Notes under the pieces: generated by a model | What the model saw: the letters and a program-made list of their open reading frames with translations, nothing else | Told to the model about the DNA's origin: nothing | The model's database searches: none | Program-made: the position numbers and the translations under genes | Assembly: GCA_001643675.2 (NCBI GenBank) | Contig: LSRY02000042.1 | Location: forward strand, 372,001 to 436,000 | Direction: 5' to 3' | Length of the DNA: 64,000 nucleotides | Source: Monocercomonoides exilis PA203 | Taxonomy: Eukaryota; Protista; Preaxostyla | Shown: positions 1 to 13,513 of the stretch, in pieces | How positions within the stretch are numbered: position 1 is the first letter of the stretch | Layout: the number at the start of each line of letters is the position of its first letter

Positions 1-252
1 GCTGGGCAGTATGTGTCAGATAACCACGTGACGACGGCGATGTCGATTTCTCTGTACGCGCAGCAGAGTTCATTGCCGGCAGTTGTTGGGGACGACTCAT
101 ACAGCATGCGGACAGAGGATGTGAGAAGCACAGCAACAAGCATGACACAGAGGAAGAAGAAGAAAAAGAAGAAGAAGAAGAAGAAGAAGAAGACGGTGAT
201 TATTCAAGCGGACAATTCTGTAAGTGATGAGAGTGAGGGTACTGCTAATTGA
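1..252 (+). CDS. 3' end of an unidentified gene (partial, runs off the window start), with a poly-Lys tract
   Basis: Frame is open from base 1 to TGA at 250-252. GC-richer coding-like composition drops into AT-rich 3' flank. No family recognised. Confidence 0.4.
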   Translation, partial: AGQYVSDNHVTTAMSISLYAQQSSLPAVVGDDSYSMRTEDVRSTATSMTQRKKKKKKKKKKKKKTVIIQADNSVSDESEGTAN

Positions 253-929
253 TAACGACTATTATTTGACTATCTTTTATTCAGTTCATTTTGTTGTTAT
301 GTGTTGATTTGTTCTCAAATAACCTTTTTTTTAATTAATTTAATTTATTTATTTTTCTGAGTTCTTTCGATGTACTTCTGGTACAAAAAGAGTTTTTCCA
401 TTTCATTTATTTCTCTTGACTTCAAAAACTGTTTATTGATTATTTTAACCACTTACGCTGCTGTTGCATTTTTAAAGTCAAAAGTTTTGTGATTGTCATG
501 TCAACAAAATTTCTTTTACCGTCTCAAAAAACCATAGTATTTGTATTTCAAAACGTTGAATGAAAAAAAAAAAAAGAAAAAGAACGAAAATATAAAACGA
601 TTCGAACAAATTCAGATTGTACAAAAGCATTGAATGTTATATTCAAGAAATAACTTTCAACAATTGAGCTTCTCCAATTATGATTATTAATGATCAAATA
701 TCCCAACAGATTTGTTTGCTTTTCAACATTCTTTGGAAACAAAATGTTTGTTATTGTGTGTATTTCAATTGTTGTATCGGTTGTTGTTCATTGTTAAATG
801 TTCATGCATTCTGTGCCATGGGACGATGGTTCAACTGACTATTAAATATGTTTTGCATTAATGCTCAATTTTGACTGGTTTTGTTGATATTCGGTTGGTT
901 TTGGTTTTCGAGAGAAAACATCCAGAAAA

Positions 930-2426
930 ATGAGCGCTCACGATTGCAGAAAGTTCAATGGGAGGAAGGAAGAGGCTGCAAAGAGAGAAATGTTTAATCG
1001 TGTGTAAGTTTTTGATGCAAACCACAAAATGGTGCAATTTATTGTTTTCATTTTGAAGAAATGCTTGACAAACTTGAAAAGAGCAATGTGGACGATCAAA
1101 AGCATATTGTGGAAGAAATGAAACACATAGTGGTAGAGATGGGACAAAAAGAGCTGAAGTCTATTCTGAAAGTGGAATTTTACAATGAATTGGAAAAAAT
1201 TATTAAAGAAAGGAAATTGATTGAGGAGCAGGTCTTTCAGTTGATAAAGAAAATAGGATGTTGCAAAGTGTTGAATGAGTGGTCGGATTTGAGCTTTGAA
1301 GAGTCATTATTGGACCAGAGATTTAAGAATATGATTGCTGAAGAGGAGAAGAAAGAGGAAAAAAAGGACGAAAGATTATTGACTGACATTAGCGAGTGCT
1401 ATATTCTGCTTGACGAAACAGATTTCGAAATACCGAAATCATTGCTTTCTCATTGTGTGCGTAGCCTTTTGAAAGTTGCATTAAAAAAGGAAGAAGATGA
1501 AGAAACACAAAATGAAGCGGAAATAGCCTTACTCACTTTGAGCAATATTGATAATGATTTGGCATGGTTTTTAAAAAAAAAGCAATATTCATTAATCGTT
1601 CTGATTTTTTATTTTTTCTCATTATTATTTCTTATTTGATAAAATTGATATTAATGGAAAAAAGGAAATTGAACAGGAATTGCATTTGAGCGAGATCAAA
1701 GAGATAATCCAATATCATCAGGAACATCACAATCTGACTCGTCTTGCCTGTCAATCAGCTTGGGACTTTTTTGTTGGCAGATTGAACAATGAGGAAGATT
1801 TGGGAGATGAAATTGAGAAAGAATTGCATTTTGTGAAAGAAGCAACAAGAGAACTGGGCGAGCTAACGAGATGTGTGGATTGGAAGAGAAATGAAGAAGA
1901 ACAGGAAAAAACAAAGGAAGTGCAGATAATAAGGAGATGGTTGGATTCGGTGCAGGCATACATTTATTTTTGCTATGATTTGCAAAAAGAAGAGTCTGAC
2001 TGCTTGACGGAATGTGTCGCAAGGCTTTACAGAGCAGTAAAGAACACCAATAAGAGGATGTGCGATAAAAGCATAAAAATGTTTGGGAGAATGATCAATT
2101 CAGATGAAAGCAGCTCTTCAGTTTTTGGAGCGACCAAGGCTGCAGGATGTGTTTTGGAGGAGATGCAGCGGACAACGTTGAATCATGATATAGTCGTGAA
2201 CTGCCTTGAAATATTTTCTTCCTTTTCAAGGAGAATGCAAGGAGAGATGGAGGAAGAATGGGAGGAAGAAGAATTGAAGAAGATGAAAAGAGGAATATTT
2301 GAAGGGCTGGAGGAGGAAGGATACGAAGATACAATGACGAGCTATCATGAAACGTTTTCGTTTTTCAACACCACCTATTATGCTGAATTTTCAGAAAATC
2401 TCAACAACTTTTTTGTGAGCGTCTAG
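930..2426 (+). CDS. Lineage-specific multicopy helical protein, copy 1 (3 exons)
   Basis: ATG 930; exon 2 about 1059-1561; intron 1562-1664 (GC donor); exon 3 1665-2426. Shares motifs EQKQKI.EMN, L.DLCE.Y, E.E.A.LAL.N, YHQEHHNLT.LAYQSAW and K.EEEGYED with four other copies in the window. Confidence 0.8.
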
Positions 2427-3782
2427 AACAATGTGTCTTCGGCTTTGGACTTTTCGAAAATTGTGTGTGAAAGAGAAAAGCAAGCAAAAGAATCGAAGAA
2501 AGCAGAACACCAATGAACAGATTTTCTTCGAATATGACAAACCCTATTTTGAGAATCGATGGATGAGAGATATATTGTCCTTTCTCATTTCTTTTCCATC
2601 TCCTTTTCATCCATTTTTCTTTATCTTCATTTCTTCCATTCGATTAAAGGGGGGTCAAAATATGGTTATTCAATTTTCATTTATTTGTTGAATTGCTGTT
2701 GAAAAAGCAAAATAGAGACATTTAATGCTCTCAACTCCTTTCATTTCTCCAAAAGAGCAAGACAATAAAAGAAAGAAAAGCAATAATACATGTGCAATTA
2801 TTGACGTTGTTCAAAACCACGAAATTGAAGGTTAGGCCATTCATCGTCTGCTATGTTGATGCCGAGCAGTTCAGCTTGTTTCCAAAGAAAACAGCAACGA
2901 GATGACGAGGAAGAAGAAACGATGATTGGCTCTCAAATAGCATATGAATTCACTGAAAGAACGATTCCTCAAGGATATGGAGAAAGAAGAGAATGAGAAA
3001 GAAAAGCTGATTTCTTTCAGCATTGGATAAATTACAAAGTCCAGAACTTTTTGACTAAGATTTTTCAAGTTTCCAATTAACAATTCTTAAATGTGGTTTA
3101 CTTTTTTCCACTAAAAAAAAAAATCAATTTTATCTTATTATTTTTAATGAGCGAATAAAAATAATGAGCAGAAGATTGAATATTTCGAGCTTTTCATGTG
3201 ATTGCAATTATTTTTGCATTTTCTTTCTCATTTGAATATTCGTCGATTATTTTTATTAAATTTATACCTTTGTGACAACACTTCATTCATAATTCCGAAA
3301 CACCCACATATATGATGAAGATTTTATGTTCCAGTTTGGAGGTGTTGAAAGAACGGAGAAGTTGAAAACCATTCAAATATTGAAATTATCTGAGAGATAA
3401 AGCAGAAGAAAGCTTCATAAACAGAAAATATTTTGGAAGATATAAAAAGAGGAATATCTGAAAAAACGAGCGAGTCAATCAATAAACATCTTGATTGAGC
3501 AAAAGAGAGGAGGAATTGAAGTTGATATTAACTGAGGGACAACGGACATAATGAAGAATCACTTTCTTTTCGAAAAATGGAATTATTTATTTGTGGAAAA
3601 GATTTGTTGAAGAAAAAGTGCAACCGAACAATTACATTGGAATTTACGCAACTTCTTTATTTCTTTTAGATGAAGGGAAAAAATGACATTTATAAAATAA
3701 TTCAAATGTTTGCTGAATTGTAAAATGAATAAAAACAAAAAATGAAAATTTTGAATAACAAAATTTAATACATTTTATTTAA

Positions 3783-4555
3783 CTAAACATTTACAAAATA
3801 ATTTGAAGCATCCAACGATAAACCAAAATAATATTCCTTGGAAAAAAAATCAATAAATCCTCGAAAGCTAATTATAACATCTTCATATCCTTCTTCTTCC
3901 ATCTTTTCAAACACTTTCCTTTTCAGCTCCTTTCTTTTCGCTTCTTCCATTTCATCTCTCTTCTTTTCTTTCAATCTTTTGGTGATTTTTTTAAAAAATA
4001 ATAAATATACTAATGCTTGTGAATATTCAGCATTTGATTGATAAAACTCCTTCAAGCAGAAATCAACAACCCCACCTTTCACCAGATCAGCAACACTAAC
4101 ATCTCCCTTTTCTGTCATTTGCATCAAAACATTCATGCAGAGAAGATGAGCATCTCTTTGATTTTTTGCAATTGAGCTGCACATCCTCACAACACGTGCA
4201 ATAAACTGCACGTTATTCGCTTCATAATGAGGGTCCAAGCTGAAATAATGATTTGCAGTGATGAGCCATCGTTTGAAAATGCATATTTCGTTCATTCCTC
4301 TTGTTTTCTCTTCAGCCTTCTTCCTTTCCACAACCCTTTCAAGCTCTTCTAATTCTTTCGTTGCTTCATTCACAAAATCTAAGTTTCTTGCTGCGTTGAT
4401 AAACAATTCTTCATCTTCAGTACCAAATATGAAAATGAGCCAAGCGGATTGGTATGCAAGCAACGTGAGGTTGTGGTGCTCTTGATGGAACTGGATAATC
4501 CGAGAAATCTCTTTCCAATACAATACTTCACGGATTTTCTTTAAGCATAAAATTT

Positions 4556-4614
<59 letters not shown>

Positions 4615-5309
4615 AAAGAAAAGAAATTATAAGATATGATAAGATATAACAAGATTTGACAAATTTAAAAAAATTATCACAAATAACATTTCACATACCA
4701 CGTGACAGAAAATGTTGCTCAAAGCAAGCAAAGCTATTTCAGCTTCATTCTGTGCTTCTTTTCCCTTCACTTCTCTCGCTCCAACATTCAACAGGCAGCG
4801 AATGCAGATTGAAAGCAAATCTTTTTGCACACAATTGTCCACAAAATGAAGCAGGAGATAACTTTCGCAGAGATCAGCCAATAACTTTTCATTTTTCCTT
4901 TTCATTTTCGTTCCTTCGTTGTAAATCATCTCCTCAATTCTCTGGAACAGCAAAGACCTACAAAAACTGGAAGTCCACAAATCTTTCATCACATTACAAA
5001 ATCCAATATTCTTCAACAACAATACTGCAGCCTTTGTTGATAGTTTCCTGTTTCCCATCAACTTGTCTATTTTATCAAATGTTTCTTTTGTCAAAATTGA
5101 ATCCAATTCCTTCCATTCCATTTCTCCAATTAATGCATTCATTTCGAGAATTTTCTGTTTTTGATTGTTTCCGCGGCTGCAACACTCAAGCTCAGAAAGC
5201 ATTTCTTCAAAAAAAGGAAAAGAAGAAAAGAAAAGAAAATGATGAGCAATAAAAATGTTTCTCTGAAATACATGCCTAAAAATCCATTTTCGCCATTTTT
5301 GTTCTTCAT
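3783..5309 (-). CDS. Same multicopy family, copy 2 (3 exons)
   Basis: ATG 5309 gives MKNKNGENGFL/E-MLSELECC across intron 5275-5205. Intron 2 contains a long poly-T. Exon 3 has HQEHHNLTLLAYQSAW and KMEEEGYED. Stop at 3783. Confidence 0.8.
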
Positions 5310-7563
5310 TGTTATCAAATCAGTTCAATCAAAAAAGCAAACAAAAATCGAAAGATGTTTGTGGTTAAACAAATAATGCATAGTCAACAATTAAAAACAT
5401 TTCCTTACCTTCATTTCAACACTTTTTAGCTGATTTCGAAGCCCTTAACAATTTTGAATGAATAATATCATTTTCAGAAAAATTATAATGGCACTGAGCT
5501 CTTTCGAAATCTTCAAAATAATAAGAATTGAGCGTATAGTATTTTTCAGAACATCAGTAATGCATAAAAATGAAAACGCACCATAATAATTTCAGACACA
5601 AGAAAGATTTTCTGTTTGAACTTCAATTTGAAGAGATCTGAAAGAATGAAATGGTGAGATGTTTAACATGTTGAACATAAAAAGCAATATCAAAGGGGCA
5701 ACAAACCAAGACATCGAAAAAACGATGAAGGATTATCTTGATATTTTGAGCCCGACGCTCGGATTGAAACCTTTAAAGAAAATAAAGCACAAACGTTGAA
5801 GTTAATTTCAATGGAGTATTCATTTTGGTTTATTCGTATTGCAGAAGCATGGAATTCTTCGAAAGAATTAACTGGTTGTTTTTGTTTTTTGAAAAAACAA
5901 TTACAATTATTACAAATGAAGTGTTTCTGATACTGCTTCGTTTATCGCTTCAAAAGGAAAAAATGCAATCTGGAGACTTCTGCAACATTTACAATTAATT
6001 TATCTTGAAAATTTCTTTTTTGTTCCTATTTACAAAAAAGAACAAAAAGGAAACCTCTGATTCATTTAGACTTTCTTCCAAATGACATCCGAAGAATGCT
6101 GGAAAGGCAATGCAAATACAAGAGTTTAGCAGCTCTTTTAAAAATTGGAAAGCTTTCACGAGGTACATGAAGAATATTTGTGAAAAGAGGCAGCTGCAAA
6201 CAAAAAGAGAGAACTGAATTGTTCATATTTCTTGCAATTACTGAAGAAAAGAGACTGCTTGCGGCTACATGCGAACACTCTTTTTTCATTTTTTTTGTAA
6301 CGGAAGTCGAATCTAAAAGGCAGGCAAATGCAAGAAGTTTTTCTGTTACAGTGTGTCCTGAAAGGAAAAGTTATTTGGACAAAGATAATTCATCCAGAAC
6401 AATGGGGCATAGTGCACATGGAATTTGTCTATGCCATCAACCGAGCCATGAACGATTATTTCAAATGTCACTCCACTGAATTAAATCTCAAAAAAGAAGA
6501 ATTTCTGAAAAAAAAAAAAAACGAGTTATTTGCATTCGCATCTGCAGCAAAGGAATTTGTGTGGAATTCTTTTTTCTTTAGGAAGCTAATCGTTGCAAAA
6601 ATTATGGTATTCGAAAAGGGAGAACAATTTTTGAATGCTAACAACATTGCAAGAAGCTTCAAATGCTATCATATGAAGGCTGATGAATGATGAGCCATTT
6701 TTCATTTTGCTGCAATTTCTTCTCCCACAAACACCAGCCAATAGAATATTGAATCATTCTTTTTCTTAATTTGAATGAAAACGAAGATTGCATTCAGAAA
6801 AATGAAATGGAATGTTTCAAATTCTCAAATATATCCGTTTTCAAGCTCATCATCTTTTATTTCATTCATTTTCAATCTACATGCTTTATTGCCATCGTCT
6901 TCGTCTTCTTCCTCTTCTTCCTCCTCATCTTCCTCTTTCACTTCTTCCTCTCCTCTTCCATTTGAATTCCCTTCCTTTCAAATTCTTCTTCTTTCTGTTT
7001 TTCATTATCATCTTCTTGTCATTTCAGAAAAACTCATTCAAGCAGAAAGAAAAACCCCCAAAGAAACCCTAACAAATCAAAACAGAATAATAGAAAATAA
7101 AGTCTATATTGATTTGCGTTCGGCTTGTTGATGAGAACGTATCTTCATATTTGCGATTTCCTTCGCTTTTTCATTCAGCTTGCTTGGATTTGAAGAGGTC
7201 GGTGGAAAATGCAACAAAAAGGCGTTCAGATGAACAAATGAACAACAAAGTGAAAGAAAATTCGTTATTATCGATGAATTAATTCAGAATTGCTTTATTT
7301 ACAAAATTATTCTTATTGCTTCTTTCTTTTTGGGAAGGCTTTTGAAGAAGAAAAGAAAGACTTTGTCTAAATATCAAATCTTTTTTTTTTTTTTTTTTTT
7401 TTCTTGTTTCTTCATTTCATTTTGAAAAAGAAGTGGGAAAAACAATTTATAAATGATTTTTATTTTATTTCATTTCATTTTGAATTATCTCTGGCATATG
7501 TGAAATGACGAAAAAACGAAAAAATGAAAATTTGAGAAACAGAGCCAAATTCTTTTCATTTGG

Positions 7564-9007
7564 CTAAACATTCACAAGATAATCAGAAATATCTAATGAT
7601 AATGTATGATCACAATATTTTTCACGGAGAAAATAAAATATTCCGAGGAAACTTGTGACTGTATCTTCATATCCTTCTTCTTCCATCTTTTCAAACACTT
7701 TCCTTTTCAAGTTTTTTCTTTTCGCCTCTTCCATTTCATCTCTCTTCTTTTCTTTCAATTCACTTGAAGGATCTATTAAGAACAGAAAGAAGTTAATCGT
7801 CATCTTGAAATCCAATGTCGATTGCTGAATCTCCTCCAAAATGAGTTCAACAGCTCCACTATTCAACAAGCCATCAGCTGATCCATTTTTGCTACCAGCT
7901 ACTTCTTCAAATAAAGAAATGCATTGATCGCAAAGTTCTTTGTGATTATCCTTTGCTGCTCGAAATATTTTCACAATGCTGCAGACAAGGTCAACAATTT
8001 CATCATTCCACAACTGACAGTATTCCAAGAAAAACGCAATCGTCTGAAGCCATTGCTTCAAGTTTTTCGTTTCTCTGCTTTCTTTATCTCTTTTCTCTTC
8101 CTCTTTTCTCTTCTTCCAATTCACATTTCTTGTCAGCTCTTCCAATTCTCTTGCAGCCTCTCTTTCAAAGTGCAGTTCGTTCACAATAACATGGTCAAGG
8201 CTAGGATCAAAGTATAATCTACCTGTCAAAAACTGCCAAGCAGACTGATAGGCAAGTTGAGTGAGATTGCGATGCTCCTGATGATATTCAATGATCTCCT
8301 TGATCTCATTCAGATACAGTTCTTTATCCAATTTCTTATAAAAAAGAAATGAAAAGAAAACAATAATATCAAAAGTGAGATTGAAATGATCAAACTTTAA
8401 ATTTGTTTAAATGATTCAAGGCCAACATTGCCATTTCCACTTCTTTTTGCGTTTCCTTGTCTTCCTCTTTCTTCAATCCAGCTTTCAGAAGACAGTGCAC
8501 ACAAATTGAAAGCAATTTCGAAGAAGTTACGTTGCTCAGCATAATATAGCATTCGCAGAGATCAACCAGAAGCTTTTCATTCTTTTTATCTTTTTTCTGA
8601 TCTTCTTTAATAATCATCTTTTCAAGCATTTTGCACAACGAAGATCGTTCAAAAGTCGAAATCCGAGCATCTTTCATAATTTTCCAATATCCCAGGCGCT
8701 TCAACAACAAAATTGCATTTTTCATCAAAAGTTTCTTTTCATCAATCATTTTGTTCAATGAATCAAACAGCTCTGTCGTGAAAACAGGATAGAATTCTTC
8801 TCCATTCATTTCTTTGATCAATCCACTCATATCTTCAATTTTCTGTTTTTGCTCATCAGCTGATTTATTCAACTGGGAAAACAATTCTTCAAAAAAAATA
8901 AAGAAAGAAAGAATTCCAATCAAAAAGAATAAATACGCAGCAACGAATGCAAACTTATGAAAATTTTTGTGTTGTTCGTATCCTGTATTTATGGTGAAGA
9001 ATTTCAT
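7564..9007 (-). CDS. Same multicopy family, copy 3
   Basis: ORFs 8390-9007 and 7564-8331 are joined by a phase-0 GT-AG intron (AAA|GTTTGA...ATAAG|AAATTG), and the family motifs are present. The start is uncertain because the ATG used by copy 4 is ATA here. Confidence 0.75.
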
Positions 9008-9999
9008 TCAGAAAACAACCCCATTTTCAGAATTCATATTGAATTCGTATATGTTTCGATAGAAGAAATTGATGATTTATTAAAAACTCAAAGTCACTAA
9101 TACATTATCAGCGCTCATACCATTTTTCCTTGCGTTGACATTTTTGACTCCTAGCGACAGAGAAATACAGCGCTTCCGATTATTCAATTATATAATAATG
9201 GACACTGAGATCTGATTGATATTCAAGTTGCTTTTCCACGACATAATGAGAATTCCATGAGTGAACATTTGCTGCAAATTAAATAATGTTAATTTCGATG
9301 TTTGCATAAATCACAGGAAATTAATTACAAACGATTGAATTCTGTCTAATTATTTTATTATTTGTTGGACTAATAGATGAATTGTGAATAGAATTTTTTT
9401 ATTTGAATAAATTCAACTTATTTGAATGGACTGGGTTTTTCTTAAATGAAGTCATGTTATTTAAGATGGTTGAAGTGACACTTGAATAAAGTGCGATGCA
9501 CTTAAATAAATAATTCATAAAAAAATAGTGAACACTCATTATAATATTTTTGTGTTTTATCTTTCACTTTATCAACAAAAAAATTGAAAAATCTTAATAA
9601 CTGAGATTTTTCTATTTTGAAAAATAAAATTTCAGATATGCTTCAAGATGATTTTATTTGATAAAAAGAGCTAGAAATGAATGCAAATATCATTTTGTTA
9701 TCATTCTTTTGTACTGTTTTTTCTCATTAACAAAAAATGTGATCATCACGTAATTAAATATCAAAAACAAAAATTTGTTTCTTTTGATGTTCCCGGAGTA
9801 ATTCTCAACAAACAAAGCATATGTTTCTGAAGCACTCAGTCGAATCGACAGATTGAGGCAGCTTTCATCTTCACTACTTTCTCCGTTAAGTTGATATATT
9901 CTATTTTCATTTATCGATTTATTTCACAAAGCCTCTCAATATTCTTCTTCACTGCATTCTTCTCCTCTCTCCTCCAATGAGCATCAAATGATGTCTAAG

Positions 10000-12836
10000 T
10001 CATTATCATCTTGACTTTCTTTAGATTTTTCTTTATGACATCGTTAAAAATCTCCTTGCTTTAGTTCGCTTCTTCTTTTGCCCTCCTCCTCAAATAGTTG
10101 CTGCTGTATGAACAACAAGTGCAATTAATAATATCACAACGAATAAAACTTTAACAACCAATGTCATCATTGATTTTCCAACCTTTCCTCCTTCAACAAT
10201 TCTTTCATCTCCTTTTGATTGATGCCTTCATCTGTTTTTCAGAATGAATGAATCAGTTGAGGCTAGAAATTCAGTCCTTCCAAATAAGATCTTTACGGAC
10301 ACTTCTGTTGCCTCTAACACAGTTGTAACAATTGAGGCTGGAATAGCTATGTGAAACTCTGTTTCACCTGCAAACTCCTCTGACTGCAGCGGATACGACT
10401 GGAGATTGTGAACCGAACCATCGAATTAGTCAACCTGGAGAGCCAAGCCACAGGGCAGGAGCAAGGATCCAGTAAGATCAACGGCAAGGGTACTGCCTTG
10501 CAGGCGAGACTTCACTGAAGCCAGCTGTGGAATGAAAAGCACTGATTCTTTTTCTCAGGCCAAGCCTTCGAAGGTGTAATCATCGTTTGCAATTCACGTC
10601 GAAGTTCTGAAGAAAGCCATCCCAGCCTTTCAGGCTTTGAATGAACAGTAGTGCATGGCCAGAGCACGCGATGCTACTCCTTACGGATAGATGGCCAGCT
10701 TCGTTCGGGCTGTTATTAGCAAACAATATAAATAGCGTGGAGATGCTTCCACCAGAGATCGACAGTCATCTCTTGGACAAATTGGTTATTGTGGTGTCTT
10801 TAATTGCTGCCGAGCAATTGAGAAGATCAACCATCGATCCGCTCCACTGGCATAGCTCTTCTGATCGCTTGTTGTTCGTTCTCAGCTCTGACGCGCTTGC
10901 TGCTCCGTCGAATACGCACAAAGGCATGCTAGTATCTGTCAAATCTGTCAACGCCGCAATGCAACATTTTTTATACGAAGAAGCACACATTTTGTTCGAG
11001 CATTTCTTCAACTCCAGCAACAAAAACACAAAGATGAGACAGCCAAACAGCACGGGCCAAGCGAATCTCGGGTTATGTTTTGTAATGAAGAGTGCTTCAA
11101 CAGAAATGCTGAGTCATTCGACGTCACGCTCACTGAGCACACACCCCCAAGAACTGTGTTTGAAACAGCCAAGAAATTCATTTCAATATCTTAATCTTGG
11201 CATTCAACAGAAACCAACGATTCACTTGAAACGCGCATATCATCAAATTCCAAATGAATGCCCTGGATGTTTGAATGCCCTCCCGAACCATCTGATGAAA
11301 ACACAATCACGCTTGATCCACTCCGAGTGCCTCTCATCTGAATGTTCTGGAGCTGGCAGTCTTTGCAGTTGTAAAGAATGAGAGCAGATTAATAAAATTT
11401 GCAGCTTGAAATAAGCATCTGCTGAAAGGACAGCTTTGCCAGTCGTGAAAAACCATCAGCACACCAGATATAACATCTGTGAAATTCAGAAATGCACACG
11501 AGAAATATTGCCCACAACTTGCTGCCAGACATGAAGTACTAAGACAGAGGCCAGCAAAACAAAAGAAAGACATCAACAATCTTCTTCCGCTCACTTCAAT
11601 AATTGAGCAATTCAGTTCAATTTCAGAGTTTCTGCTCGAATCTTCATAAGTTTTTTTGTATCGTCAATCAACAAGTTGACATCAGCAAGCGACAGCAACC
11701 TCAAATGCGTAGAAGAAAAAGCGCTTCCAAACAAAAACGAAAGAGATTCCATTTTCACTCTCGATGAGCACGAAAGGAGACTTCCCCTCTTGATTTCGAT
11801 GATGAGGTTCATTAGAATATCCCCTCCTATGCCTTCCGGATCCAGCTGCTCGATTGAGACATCGCTTGTGCTTGCTTCTCCTGACACCACAGCGCTTTTG
11901 TCGATGAGCAAATTGCTGCAAGCCGAAGGAATTATGTGGGGAAGCACAATATTCAACGAAATGCATGGTTCGCTCATTACACCACACTGGCGCGTGTCAG
12001 AGGCATTGTCGACTGAAAAAGATGCAAATATCGTTTCGCTCTGATACACAACTACAAGCAGTAGAAGATCTTGCTCTTCGCAATAGTTGGTTGCAGTGCA
12101 ACTCCACATGGTAAGATCCCGAACAAACGGAGGTCTGAAGTCGAGCTGGATGAGCTCGATGCTGATTTGAGATCTGATATTTGTGCATCTCACATACAGG
12201 TCTCGTCCTGTGAGCGCCTTGTTGTTCATGAAAGTTGTGTTTTCCAAGAGGAACGGCAACGGACTGTCGCTCGCGATTGACGAGCAATTCAGGAATATCG
12301 CTCCTCCTCTTCCACTTTCTGAGCAGAAACATCCAGAGACAGCAGAAAAACGGAACTCGAAAAAACTTCCTTCGCACAAGCTCATGATCATTCCTCCACC
12401 TTTCTCGCTTTCGCTGCTTCCACAGTTCTTCATTGATGTGTTTTGCACGGACACGTTGAAAAGCTCGATGCCACTGCAACTGAAGATAGAGGGCTCAGAT
12501 GGAGCATTTTGGAGAAGTGAATGGAGCGTGCAGCATTTCAGGTGCACTATTGGACTGTCACCTTCATTCATTTCTTGTGTCCCGTCTTGCATTTCCGTTA
12601 GTGCCAACACAGCTTCAATGCTTCCGAACATCAGCTCCATATTGATCGTCGAGACATTCGTCAAGTCAACGCTGTTACCATTCAATGCATAATGTTTGCG
12701 ATCTTTTGTTTTGATGGCTTGATTGAGCAGAGTAGAATTTCGCATGTTCCAGACAGGCAGACAACGATGAAACAAGAAATGCTTGTGTGAGAAGCTCGTC
12801 CAAATAGAAAGAGAAAAGCGGTTAAACTTTATTCAT
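10000..12836 (-). pseudogene. Decayed large surface/membrane protein (Ser/Cys-rich beta-helix-like repeats, C-terminal TM helix and basic tail)
   Basis: ORF 11612-12775 has GGG/GRGGAIF, N.A..GRDLYV and CG....PC.SL motifs. Further fragments are broken by stops and frameshifts. A hydrophobic segment VLFVVILLIALVV followed by QKKKRTKARR lies near 10060-10170. Boundaries are approximate. Confidence 0.65.
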
Positions 12837-13360
12837 TGTTCAATGAAATAATGAAGACTCATTAATTTGTTTTTTTATCTTTTTTAAAAAAATTATATCA
12901 ATTTCAAATATTATCCGATAATTTTTTTCAAGTCCTTTAATGTTTTCGAATCAATTAAAGTTCAAAAACAAGTTGTTTATGTATGTGTTGATGCAATCCA
13001 TTTTATAAATCTGAATAATTTCAATTCACTTATTTTGCGCAAATAAAATGTTTCTTTTCATTTCATAATTCATGGAATTCTTCTTTTCATCAATTTTTAA
13101 AATTGTTAAAGCATGTGGATTTCATTCACAAAAGGTTTAACAATCAAAGAATGTGATGTTGTTGCGTTATAAATTATGTATCGGTGACAAAGAATTATTT
13201 CTGTTTTTAAAATATTTTGATCCTTTTGATCTTTGAAGGAATATGTCGAAAACAACAAAAATCATTTCCAAAATTACATAATTATTATGCAAATAATATT
13301 TGAAAGTCTTTGTATTCAATTTTATAGACATAAAAAATATTTGTTTTTAAAATAAATTTT

Positions 13361-13470
13361 CGTAACTCAAATGAACTCAGTCTATCTCAAATGAACTCGG
13401 TTTATTCAAATGAACTTGATCTATTCGAATAAACATGAGTTCATTTGAATAAGCCTGGTTTATTTGAATA
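13361..13470. repeat. About 20-bp subterminal tandem repeats (core TCAAATGAAC / TTTGAATAA) at the right end of the Pack-type element
   Basis: Visible periodic units ctcaaatgaactcagtctat / ctcaaatgaactcggtttat / tcaaatgaacttgatctat. Looser counterparts occur at 9395-9510. Confidence 0.65.
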
Positions 13471-13513
13471 AAAAAAATCTATTCAAAATTCATCTAATGA
13501 AATGCAACAATTT

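Larger units (their letters stand above)
9375..13495. mobile_element. Non-autonomous TIR element (4.1 kb) carrying a cargo gene (Pack-type)
   Basis: Left end AGATGAATTGTGAATAGAATTTTTTTATTTGAATAAA; reverse complement of right end AGATGAATTTTGAATAGATTTTTTTTATTCAAATAAA. AAT flanks both ends (9372-9374, 13496-13498). The empty site GACTAATGAAATGC is seen in the paralogous segment at about 54218-54231. No transposase ORF is visible inside. Confidence 0.8.

Noticed and set aside
6060-7130. Short ORFs of 64-120 aa
   Set aside because: No motif or consistent splice structure; possibly a decayed fragment but unsupported.
10641-12692. Plus-strand ORFs (246, 122, 169 aa)
   Set aside because: Antisense shadows of the minus-strand surface-protein pseudogene.
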